This document shows, one piece after another, positions 36,547 to 45,233 of a DNA stretch of 54,522 nt (the stretch's first letter is position 1; every line of letters starts with the position of its first letter). The stretch is from an uncultured Acidobacteriota bacterium (lineage in GTDB: Bacteria; Acidobacteriota; Polarisedimenticolia; J045), in assembly GCA_964582785.1 (NCBI GenBank), contig CAZOTT010000005.1:1-54522 (forward strand), written 5' to 3'. The notes below the pieces were generated by a model. The model was given only the letters and a program-made list of their open reading frames with translations, made no database searches and was not told the origin of the DNA. The position numbers were made by a program, and so were the translations under genes.

Positions 36547-37619
36547 GCCGGGCCGTCCTGGACGAGCACGAGTTCCGCCTCCTCCGGGAGTACATCCGGG
36601 AGGAGTGCGGTATCAACCTGGGCCCCGACAAGAAGTACCTGGTGGAAAGCCGGCTCGGCGGGCTGCTCGAGGAACTGGACTGCCGGTCGTTCGGTGACCT
36701 GCACCGGGTGGCCGTCGAGGATCGCACCCGGCGGGTGCGGGACCGCATCGTCGACGCGATGACGACGAACGAGACCCTCTGGTTCCGGGACCGGGAGCCG
36801 TTCCGTATCCTCCGGGAACGCCTGTTCCCCCGCTGGTGCGAGGAGATCCGGGCGGGGAAACGGGACCGTGTCCGGATCTGGTGCGCCGCCTGTTCCACGG
36901 GCCAGGAACCGTACTCGATCGCGATCACCTGGCTCGAGTACTGCCGCCATGAGCCGGATGCGCCCCGGGAGGCCCTCGCGATCCTCGCCACCGACATCTC
37001 GGAGAACGCCCTGGCCCGGGCGGAGGAGGGGGTCTACAACGCGGTGGAGATGGACCGGGGCCTCGACCCCGCGGTGCGGGATCGCTGGTTCCGGCGGGAG
37101 GACCGGGGGTGGCGGATCCGGGACGAGGTCCGCGCGTTCGTCACCTTCCGCCGGTTCAACCTGCAGGACAGCCCGGCCGCCCTCGGGCAGTTCGCCGCCG
37201 TGTTCCTCCGCTACGTGGCGATCTACTTCGACGGGGCGTTCAAGCGGAGCCTCTTCGAGCGGGTGTCCCGGGTCCTGGAACCGGGAGGCGTGCTGTTCCT
37301 CGGCGCCTCGGAATCGATGGCGGGGTACGGCGAGGCGTACGAGTCCGTCCAGGACGGCCGGGCCGTCTGGTACGTCCCCCGCGGTGGGGGAGAGGCGGCC
37401 ACCGCTCCCGGGACCGCCGCCGCCGGAACCACCGGGCAGGGAAACCCGCTCCCGGCGGCCGTGCCGCCCCGTCCCGGGACACGCCCCGCCACCGCCCCGC
37501 CCGGGGGGCCGGGGTCCTCCCGCGCCCGCCAGGAGGAACTGCTCCGGAAACTGCGGGAGATGCGGGAACGGACCCTGGCCCGCATCGGCGGCGGAACGAA
37601 GGGCGGCGGCGGACGCTAG
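36543..37619 (+). CDS. cheR: Chemotaxis methyltransferase with C-terminal extension
   Basis: TTNETLWFRD, IWCAACSTGQEPYSIA, ATDIS, RYVAIYFD, LGASES. Confidence 0.95.
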   Translation: MSRAVLDEHEFRLLREYIREECGINLGPDKKYLVESRLGGLLEELDCRSFGDLHRVAVEDRTRRVRDRIVDAMTTNETLWFRDREPFRILRERLFPRWCEEIRAGKRDRVRIWCAACSTGQEPYSIAITWLEYCRHEPDAPREALAILATDISENALARAEEGVYNAVEMDRGLDPAVRDRWFRREDRGWRIRDEVRAFVTFRRFNLQDSPAALGQFAAVFLRYVAIYFDGAFKRSLFERVSRVLEPGGVLFLGASESMAGYGEAYESVQDGRAVWYVPRGGGEAATAPGTAAAGTTGQGNPLPAAVPPRPGTRPATAPPGGPGSSRARQEELLRKLREMRERTLARIGGGTKGGGGR

Positions 37620-40294
37620 GACTTCCCCCGGTCCCGGGCCAGGTTCACCAGCTCGGCGAGGATCGCGAGGGCCTGCCGGGGAGTCGTGTCGTCCGGGTCG
37701 ATCCCCCGCAGGCGGGCGAGGATCTCCTCCGCCGCGGGGTCGGTGCGGGCGGGGGTGAACAGGTCGAGCTGGAGGGGGGTGCCCGGCGCCGGCCGGACCA
37801 GGTCGAGGGCGTCCCCGTGCCCCGTGGCCAGGTGGTCCAGGATTTCCCGGGCCCGGCGGACGACCGGGTCGGGAAGCCCGGCCAGGCGGGCGACGTGGAT
37901 TCCGTACGAGCGGTCCGAGGCTCCCGGTTCCACCCGGTGCAGGCAGACCACGTCGTTCCCGTGTTCCCGGACCGTGATGTGGACGTTGGCCAGGCGGGGC
38001 AGGCGGGTCGCCAGCTCGGTCAGCTCGTGGTAGTGGGTGGCGAAGAGGGTCTTCGGCCGAACCCGCGGGTGGTCGTGGAGGTGTTCCACCACGGCCCAGG
38101 CGATCGCCATTCCGTCCCAGGTGGAAGTGCCCCGCCCGATCTCGTCGAGGACGACGAGGCTGCGGTCCGACGCCCCGTGCAGGATGTTGGCGGTCTCCAC
38201 CATCTCGACCATGAAGGTGGACTCTCCACCGGCCAGGTTGTCCGCGGCGCCCACCCGGCAGAACACCCGGTCGATGACGCCGATCCTCGCCTCGCGGGCG
38301 GGCACGAAGGACCCGACCTGGGCCATGACGGCGAGCAGCGCCACCTGGCGGAGGTAGGTGCTCTTCCCGCCCATGTTCGGACCGGTTACGACGAGGATCC
38401 GCTGCTCGCCGTCCAGGCGGCAGTCGTTGGGGACGAACCGCCCCGCCCCCAGGAGGCGCTCCACCACCGGGTGCCGCCCGTCGGCGATCTCGAGCCGGTC
38501 CCCGGAATCGACCACCGGCCGGACCCAGCCTTCCGCCGCGGCCGCTTCCGCGAGGGAGGCCAGGGCGTCCAGGTCCCCGACCACCTCGGCGGTTTCCCGC
38601 AGGCGCGGACCCCGCCGCGTGACCTCCCGCAGCAGGCCGTCGAACAGCTCCCTTTCCCGGGTCCCGACCCGCTCCTCCGCGGAGAGGATCCGGGCCTCGA
38701 GTTCCTTGAGTTCCGGCGTGACGAATCGCTCCCCCCCCGCCAGGGTCTGGCGGCGCTCGTAGTCCTCCGGGACCCGCGACAGGTTGGCGCGCGTCACCTC
38801 GATGAAGTACCCGAAGACCTTGTTGTACCGGACCTTCAGCGACGGGATCCCGGTGCGCTCGCGCTCCCGCGACTCGATCCCGGCGACCAGCTTCCTGCCG
38901 CCCCGGGCCAGTTCCCGGGCCTCGTCCAGTTCCCCGTCGAACCCCTCCCGGATCACCCGTCCCTCGCCCGGCGCTCCCGCCGGTTCCGCGGCGAGGGCCC
39001 GTTCCAGCAGGTCGCGGAGGTCCTCGAGGCGATCGAGGCGGCCGAGGAGGTCCCGGCCGAGGGGCGCGGCGATCCGCCCGAGGGCGGACCCCAGCGGGCC
39101 GAGGGCGGCGAGGGAACTCCTGAGGGCGACCAGGTCGTGGGGTCCGGCCGTCCCGAGGGCCGCCCGGCCGAGCAGCCGCTCCAGGTCCCGGATCTCCCCG
39201 AGGGGCTCGCGGATCTCGTCCCGCAGACCCGGTTCCTCGACGAGCGCCGCCACCAGCTCCTGGCGCCGGCGGATCGCCTCCACGTCCCGCAGGGGGGCCA
39301 GGAGCCAGGACCGGAGGCGGCGGGCCCCGACCGGGGTGCGGGTCCGGTCGAGGACCTCGAGGAGCGTGTGCCGGCGGGTGCCGTCCCGCAGGTTCCGCAC
39401 CAGCTCCAGGTTCCTCCGGGTCGAAGCGTCGAGCAGGAGGACGTTCCCCTCGTCCTCGACCCGCAGCCGGTCCAGGTGGCGCGGACGGGCGTGCTGGGTT
39501 TCCTCCAGGTGGCGCAGGGCCGCCGCCGCCGCCGGGAGCCCGGGGTGGTCGGGCGGGCACCCGAAGGCCTCGAGGGAGCGGACTCCCAGGTAGTCGAGCA
39601 CGGTGGCGGGCGCCAGGCCGGGGTGGAACCGGTCCGGGGGGGTGCCGGTCACCACCGGCCGGGTGCCGCCCACCTCCGGGAGGAGGGCCCCCACCCGTTC
39701 CCCCTCGCCCTCGGGCACCAGGACTTCCCGTACCTCGTGGCGGGCGAGCAGGTCCGTGACGCCGGCCGGTTCCTTCCGCCGGGCGAGGAGCATCTCTCCC
39801 GTGGAGAGGTCGACGAGGGCGATTCCCCAGGGCCCGTCTCCCGGCCCCGGGGGGGCAAGGGCGGCCAGCCAGAGGCCCCGGTCGGGCGCCAGGCGGTCCG
39901 GATCGGTGAACGTGCCCGGGGAGAGGACCCGGACCACCTCCCGCCGCACCATGCCCCGGGCCCGCCGGGGGTCTTCCACCTGCTCGCAGATCGCCACCCG
40001 GTAGCCCCGCTCCACCAGCCGGGCCACGTAGGTCCCGAGGGCGTGGTGGGGGATGCCGCACATCGGCGCCTCGGTCTTCGTGCCCCTGCCCCGGGCGGTC
40101 AGGGCGATCTCCAGGATCGGCGCGGCGATCCGGGCATCGTCGAAGAACAGCTCGTAGAAGTCCCCCATCCGGAACAGCAGCAGGGCATCCGGGTGCTCGC
40201 GCTTGGCGGCGAGCCACTGGCGGAACATCGGCGTCAGCCGGTCCGCCGGGATCTCCGGGATCCCGGGTCGCGGGGCGCGCGGGGCGGTGGACAT
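37616..40294 (-). CDS. mutS: DNA mismatch repair protein MutS
   Basis: TPMFRQW, FRMGDFYELF, TGPNMGGKSTY, STFMVEM, DEIGRGTST, FATHYHEL; clamp-binding QLDLF. Confidence 0.98.
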   Translation of the reverse strand: MSTAPRAPRPGIPEIPADRLTPMFRQWLAAKREHPDALLLFRMGDFYELFFDDARIAAPILEIALTARGRGTKTEAPMCGIPHHALGTYVARLVERGYRVAICEQVEDPRRARGMVRREVVRVLSPGTFTDPDRLAPDRGLWLAALAPPGPGDGPWGIALVDLSTGEMLLARRKEPAGVTDLLARHEVREVLVPEGEGERVGALLPEVGGTRPVVTGTPPDRFHPGLAPATVLDYLGVRSLEAFGCPPDHPGLPAAAAALRHLEETQHARPRHLDRLRVEDEGNVLLLDASTRRNLELVRNLRDGTRRHTLLEVLDRTRTPVGARRLRSWLLAPLRDVEAIRRRQELVAALVEEPGLRDEIREPLGEIRDLERLLGRAALGTAGPHDLVALRSSLAALGPLGSALGRIAAPLGRDLLGRLDRLEDLRDLLERALAAEPAGAPGEGRVIREGFDGELDEARELARGGRKLVAGIESRERERTGIPSLKVRYNKVFGYFIEVTRANLSRVPEDYERRQTLAGGERFVTPELKELEARILSAEERVGTRERELFDGLLREVTRRGPRLRETAEVVGDLDALASLAEAAAAEGWVRPVVDSGDRLEIADGRHPVVERLLGAGRFVPNDCRLDGEQRILVVTGPNMGGKSTYLRQVALLAVMAQVGSFVPAREARIGVIDRVFCRVGAADNLAGGESTFMVEMVETANILHGASDRSLVVLDEIGRGTSTWDGMAIAWAVVEHLHDHPRVRPKTLFATHYHELTELATRLPRLANVHITVREHGNDVVCLHRVEPGASDRSYGIHVARLAGLPDPVVRRAREILDHLATGHGDALDLVRPAPGTPLQLDLFTPARTDPAAEEILARLRGIDPDDTTPRQALAILAELVNLARDRGKS

Positions 40295-40401
40295 GCGGCC
40301 TCTCCTGGGTCGGCGGGACCGTAGCACGGCGGCGGGAAGGTTGACAATGCACGGGCGTGGCGGCTACAAGGGGCCGCGGGCGACGGCCCCGGGAGGCGAG
40401 G

Positions 40402-40818
40402 ATGGAACCGAACGAACCGGGTGCGGCCACCACCCGAGAGCGGGAGCCCCGGGCTCCGGCGCGGGGCGAAGACGGCGAGGTGCCGGTCACCCTGGCGGAC
40501 GAGGACCGCCTGCAGGTGATCCTGGCCTACGCCGGTCCCCTCTCCCTCGTCCCGCTGCTCGGCTCTTCCGATCCCTTCGTCCGCTGGCACGCCCGCCAGG
40601 GCCTTGCCCTCTGCGTTGCCGGGCTGGTCCTGATGGTCCTGCTCTATCCCTTCGACTGGCTGTTCTCCCTGGTGCCGCTCCTGGGACGGCTGTTCCGGGC
40701 GGTGGAGCTTTCTCTCGTCTTCGCCTGGGTCGCGATCGCCGCGGTTGCCCTGTCCCGGGCCCTGGCCGGTGGCCGGTTCCGGATCCCGTGGCTCGCCGAC
40801 CTGGCGGACCAGGGATGA
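40402..40818 (+). CDS. Small membrane protein (DUF4870-like)
   Basis: LAY..PL..DPFVRWHARQG..G..FRIPWL pattern; GGAGG RBS; TTGACA at 40341. Confidence 0.7.
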   Translation: MEPNEPGAATTREREPRAPARGEDGEVPVTLADEDRLQVILAYAGPLSLVPLLGSSDPFVRWHARQGLALCVAGLVLMVLLYPFDWLFSLVPLLGRLFRAVELSLVFAWVAIAAVALSRALAGGRFRIPWLADLADQG

Positions 40819-41312
40819 GGACGGGGGTCGCGGGCTCCCGCCGGCGGCCGGCGGTCCCGGCCGGGGAAGGCCCGGGGCCCGATCCCGGACCCCGGGAGCG
40901 GGCCTGGCTCGCCGCCTATCCCGACCGCCGGCGCCTGCTCGCGGCCCGCCGCCGGCGCCTGGAGCGGTCCCTCTTCCTGGAGGACGAGCGGGGGCTCGCC
41001 TGGCGGCGGCTGCGGTTGGCCTCCGCGGCGACGGCCGCCGCCGGGGTTCTCCTCGTCGGGAGCGGGCTCCCCTTCCGGGCGGGGATCGCGTTCCTCGGGG
41101 GAGCGCTGCTGTTCGTCCTCGGCGGGCTGGGGCTGGTGACCGAGCGGGTGGGCCGGGCGTCCCGGGACGAGCGCCGCCGCCGGCTCGCCGAACGCCTTTC
41201 CGTCCTCGTCCGGCGGGGCGACGAGATGGACGCCCGGGCCCGCCGCCTGGCCGACGCCCTCGGGGTGGATCCGTGGAGCGGTGTCCCGCGGGCGCGGGCG
41301 CGACGCGGTTGA
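40815..41312 (+). CDS. Hypothetical two-TM membrane protein
   Basis: ATGA overlap with the upstream gene; hydrophobic hairpin flanked by charged helices. Confidence 0.55.
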   Translation: MRTGVAGSRRRPAVPAGEGPGPDPGPRERAWLAAYPDRRRLLAARRRRLERSLFLEDERGLAWRRLRLASAATAAAGVLLVGSGLPFRAGIAFLGGALLFVLGGLGLVTERVGRASRDERRRRLAERLSVLVRRGDEMDARARRLADALGVDPWSGVPRARARRG

Positions 41313-41331
41313 CGAACCCCCTCCGGCGGGG

Positions 41332-42585
41332 TTACCGGCCCGGGTTTCCCCCGGGGGAGGCGGGGGGAGGCGCCCCGGCCCCCGCGCCCGCTTCCCGCGT
41401 CCTCCCGATGACCTGGGGTTCCCGGCTCCGGCGGACCCGCTGGAGGTAGAGCTTTTCCCAGGGATGGAACAGCAGCGGGGCATACCCGTCCCGCACCGCC
41501 GCCCAGGGGCGCAGGTCGACCCCGCGGCGCAGCGCCTCGAGCAGCAGGCCGCACATCCGCGCCTGGACACGGCGGAGGGCCTCCCGGGTCTCGGGGGAGG
41601 GGGCCGGTTTCGTTCCCGGGCGCCGGCGCCGGGGCACCTCCACCGCCGGTCTCTCCATCACCCGGAAGGCCTCCCGCGCCGTGGCCGCCAGGGCGGCCCG
41701 CAGGCCCGCCCCGTCCAGGGACGCGATCTCCCGGCCGTCGGCGGTCGTGGTCGCGGGCCGCATCCCCCAGGAGTCCAGCTCCGCGACCCGGTCGAGGACG
41801 TGGAGGGCGTACCGGGCCTCCATCCCCCGGTCTCCCGGCTGCCGGGCCGCCTCCCGCCAGGCCTGCCGGGCCTCCTCGAGCCGGCCCGCGGCCAGGAGTG
41901 CCCGGGCCCGGGCTGCAAGCCCCCGGGGGGAACGATCGTCCTTGCCGAGGAGCCGGGCCGCCCGCCCGGCCAGGTCCCCGTCCCCCATCGCCGCCGCCGC
42001 TCCCGCGATCCGCTCCAGGTATGCCCGGCGCAGGTTCTTCCCCCGCTCCACCAGGTCGAGGGCCCGGGAAAAGGGTTCCCGGGCGTCCCCGGGCCGCCCG
42101 GCGTCCCGCGCCAGCTTGCCCAGCCGGAACCAGGCCCGGGGATCGTCCCCCGGGACCCGGATCTTTCCCTGCCGGACCAGCTCGAGCGCCCGCCGGGCCG
42201 CTTCCCGGGCCTCGTCCTTCCGGTCCAGGTTGAGCAGGGCGTTGACGAGGTAGAAGTGGACGTCCAGGGCGGCGCCCGGCCGACCCGCCTCCCGGGACAG
42301 CTTTTCCGCCGCCCGCCGGTAGAAGGGCCGGGGGTCGCCCCGGCGCAGCCGGGACGTGCACCAGCCCCTCCGGTACTCGGCGAGGCCGTCCAGGGCGGAC
42401 GGGTCCCGGGCGGCCAGGGGGGCCAGGAGGGAGAGCACCTCGGCGCAGCGCCCCGCCTCGTAGGCCGCCGCCGCCCGGGCGAGGACCTCCCCGGGGGGTG
42501 CGGACGCGGTGGCGGAGCCGGGAAGCGGGGCGACGGCGCAGAGGAGCAGGGTGGCGCACGCGAAGAGGGGGCCGAGGGGTCGCAT
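41332..42585 (-). CDS. Secreted TPR-like helical-repeat protein
   Basis: Signal peptide; AWFRLG..G...A...F..AL and LARARALLAAGRLEEA patterns. Confidence 0.7.
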   Translation of the reverse strand: MRPLGPLFACATLLLCAVAPLPGSATASAPPGEVLARAAAAYEAGRCAEVLSLLAPLAARDPSALDGLAEYRRGWCTSRLRRGDPRPFYRRAAEKLSREAGRPGAALDVHFYLVNALLNLDRKDEAREAARRALELVRQGKIRVPGDDPRAWFRLGKLARDAGRPGDAREPFSRALDLVERGKNLRRAYLERIAGAAAAMGDGDLAGRAARLLGKDDRSPRGLAARARALLAAGRLEEARQAWREAARQPGDRGMEARYALHVLDRVAELDSWGMRPATTTADGREIASLDGAGLRAALAATAREAFRVMERPAVEVPRRRRPGTKPAPSPETREALRRVQARMCGLLLEALRRGVDLRPWAAVRDGYAPLLFHPWEKLYLQRVRRSREPQVIGRTREAGAGAGAPPPASPGGNPGR

Positions 42586-42725
42586 CGGAAACCTCCCGGG
42601 GTCCCGGCGCGGGACCCACCCGCCCATTATGGCCGCGCCCGGGAGCCGCGGGGGCCTTACAATCCCCCGGCGAGGCCGCGTGGCGCGGCGCGGGAGCGGG
42701 GCCGCGGTTCCCGGAAAGGAAGGAC

Positions 42726-43409
42726 ATGGCTCGACGGTGGTGGTGCCTCCTGGCGGCGATCCTGCCGGCCGCCCTGCCCGCGGTCCCGGCGGCCCGGGAC
42801 CTCGATCCCGGTCTCCTGCTCGAGCGGCTGACCGGGCGCTACGGGTCCCTCGCGCCGTTCGCGGTGCGCTTCCGCCAGTCCCTGGTCTCTCCCACCTTCG
42901 GCGAGGAGGAGCAGGCCCGGGGCCGCATCATCGTGGGTCGCGGGGGCCGGCTCGCCTGGATCTACGAGGAGCCGGCCGGGATGCGGGCGGTCTACGACGG
43001 CACGAAGTGGCAGGTGCTGGACCCGGAAGAACGGGAACTGGTGATCCATCGCACCGACCTTCCCGGGCGCGAGGGGGACCGGCTGCTCGCCGACCTCCTG
43101 GCGGGAAGGGCGCGCCTGTCGGACCCGTTCGCCATCCTGCCGGGCGACGACGGCAGCAGCCCCGGGGGCGCGGAGACACGGGGATGGGTCCGGCTGCGGC
43201 TCCTGCCCCGGGAACCCCGGGATGACCTGGAGTGGGTCGGACTGGCGATCGATCCCGGCCCCCCCGACCTGCGGCGGGTCCTCGTGGTGGACCCGCTGGG
43301 CAACCGCCTGCGGATCGACCTGGGCGCCCCGGAACACCTGGCGGGAGGGGTGCCGCCGGGGACCTTCGAGATCAGGGTGCCCGGGGGGTACACTATCAGC
43401 CGCGACTGA
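42726..43409 (+). CDS. lolA: Outer-membrane lipoprotein carrier LolA-family protein
   Basis: AAGGA RBS; signal peptide; FRQ..ARG..GRLAWIYEEP..VYDG..DPLGN..F..P. Confidence 0.75.
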   Translation: MARRWWCLLAAILPAALPAVPAARDLDPGLLLERLTGRYGSLAPFAVRFRQSLVSPTFGEEEQARGRIIVGRGGRLAWIYEEPAGMRAVYDGTKWQVLDPEERELVIHRTDLPGREGDRLLADLLAGRARLSDPFAILPGDDGSSPGGAETRGWVRLRLLPREPRDDLEWVGLAIDPGPPDLRRVLVVDPLGNRLRIDLGAPEHLAGGVPPGTFEIRVPGGYTISRD

Positions 43410-43437
43410 TCGGCATTCGAAGGGAGAACCCGGGGAG

Positions 43438-44100
43438 ATGCGCTGCCGTTCCGGACTCTGGTTCGGGGACCCCCGCCCGGCACGGGTGGGGAGACTGCTG
43501 CCGTGCCTGTTGGTGCTGCTGGCCACCCTGCCCGCCCTGGCCGCGGGGGTGGACGGCCAGGTGTTCGACGGGGAGGGGCAGCCCCTGCGGGGGGTGGTGG
43601 TGCGGATCGTCCAGGCTCCCCCGGCCCCCCTCTTCCCGCGGCGGGACGGGGAGACCCCGCGGGAGGTGGAAATTTCCCGGGCCACGACCGATTCCGGGGG
43701 GTTCTTCCACCTGGACCTCGGGGGCTGGGTGCCCCGGGGACGGATCCTGCTCCGGGTCGGTGACCTCGGGCCGTGGGATGTCCTCCGTTACGCCCGGCCG
43801 GCTCCCCGGGACCTGACGGCGGACATCCGGCGCCGCGGGAGCGCCACGGTGGCGGTGCGGGTGGCCGACGCCCCCGGCTGGCCGGACCTGCGGGCGGCCC
43901 TCGAGCGGGTCGGCGGGGCCGGCACTCCCCTCGGCCGGCTCCTGCGCCGGTACGGCTTTCCCCGGACGATCGTCGCGGACGCGAGCGGACGGCTGGAGTA
44001 CGACTTCGGGACGGTCCACCACGTGGTCCGGGCCGGCGCCGCGGACGGGCGGGGAGACCGTCCCCGGCCCGCCTCCCGGCGCGGGGGCGGGGAACGGTGA
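43438..44100 (+). CDS. Secreted protein with carboxypeptidase-regulatory-like (Cna-B) N-terminal domain (start uncertain)
   Basis: GQVFDGEGQPLRGVVV..TTDSGGFF. Confidence 0.6.
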   Translation: MRCRSGLWFGDPRPARVGRLLPCLLVLLATLPALAAGVDGQVFDGEGQPLRGVVVRIVQAPPAPLFPRRDGETPREVEISRATTDSGGFFHLDLGGWVPRGRILLRVGDLGPWDVLRYARPAPRDLTADIRRRGSATVAVRVADAPGWPDLRAALERVGGAGTPLGRLLRRYGFPRTIVADASGRLEYDFGTVHHVVRAGAADGRGDRPRPASRRGGGER

Positions 44101-45125
44101 GGAACGAGATGGCCCCTTCCCGGGCATCGTCCCGCTTCCGGCCGCCGCCGGCCCTGCTCGCCGCGGTGTGGCCCCTCGTCCGGGGAAAGCTCCGGGAGGT
44201 CGAGGAGGAGATCCGGGCCAACCTGCGCTCCCCGTGGGGGCCGATCGACCGGGCGGGCGCCTACCTGGCGGAAGCCGGGGGGAAGCGGATCCGCCCGATC
44301 CTCGTGCTCCTGGCCGCGGGACTCCTGGGTTACCGGGGCCGGGACGACGTGCTCCTCGGCGCCGTCTTCGAGCTGATCCACACCGCCACCCTGGTCCACG
44401 ACGACATCATCGACGAGGCGGAAACCCGCCGGGGCCGTCCCGCCGCCAACCGGGTGTTCGGCAACGAGTTCACGGTTCTCCTCGGCGACTACCTGTACAT
44501 CCGCTCGATGAACATGGCCCTGCGCGCGGGAAAACTGCGCCTGATCGAGATCCTGGCGGAGGCGACGGAGCGGATGATCGAGGGGGAGATGCTGGCCCAC
44601 GACCTGCGGGGTTCCACGGCGGTCACGGCGGAGCAGCACCTGGCCATCGTGGAGCGGAAGACGGCCTGGCTGTTCTCGGGCTGCTGCCGGGCGGCGGCGG
44701 TCCTGGCCGGGGCCGGCCGGGACGAGGAGGAGGCCCTGGCCCGCTACGGGATGAACCTGGGGATCGCCTTCCAACTGGCCGACGACCTCCTCGACCTCGT
44801 GGCCAGCGAGGAGGCGATCGGCAAGCCGGTGGCGGCCGACCTGCGCGAGGGACGGCTCACCCTGCCGTGGATCGACCTGTGGGAGCGGGGGTCGGACCGG
44901 GACCGGGACGAGATCCGGGCCGTGGTCCGGGACGGGCGGTTCCGGCCGGGGGCCTGGCTGCGGCTGCGGCGCGCGCTGGCGGAGAACGGCTGCCTCGACC
45001 GCTGCCGGGAGCTGGCCCGCCGGCGGGCCCGCGAGGCCCGGGAGATCATCCGGAGTTTCCCGCCGGATCCGTTTCGGGCCGTCCTCGAGGAACTGCCGGC
45101 CACCGCCATCGAACGGGACCGGTGA
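44097..45125 (+). CDS. Polyprenyl diphosphate synthase, IspB-like (start at 44097 GTG or 44109 ATG)
   Basis: GGKRIRP, HTATLVHDDIID..RRG, KTA, AFQLADDLLD, DLREG. Confidence 0.93.
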   Translation: MRNEMAPSRASSRFRPPPALLAAVWPLVRGKLREVEEEIRANLRSPWGPIDRAGAYLAEAGGKRIRPILVLLAAGLLGYRGRDDVLLGAVFELIHTATLVHDDIIDEAETRRGRPAANRVFGNEFTVLLGDYLYIRSMNMALRAGKLRLIEILAEATERMIEGEMLAHDLRGSTAVTAEQHLAIVERKTAWLFSGCCRAAAVLAGAGRDEEEALARYGMNLGIAFQLADDLLDLVASEEAIGKPVAADLREGRLTLPWIDLWERGSDRDRDEIRAVVRDGRFRPGAWLRLRRALAENGCLDRCRELARRRAREAREIIRSFPPDPFRAVLEELPATAIERDR

Positions 45126-45233
45126 ACGGTCCCGGGTGGTACCATGGCGGCGCCCGCGGGGCGCGGGAGAGGGGTCCGGCAGTTCCCGTCCAGGCGGTTT
45201 CCAGCAGGGGTTGAAGAGGAGGAACGGCGCCCG

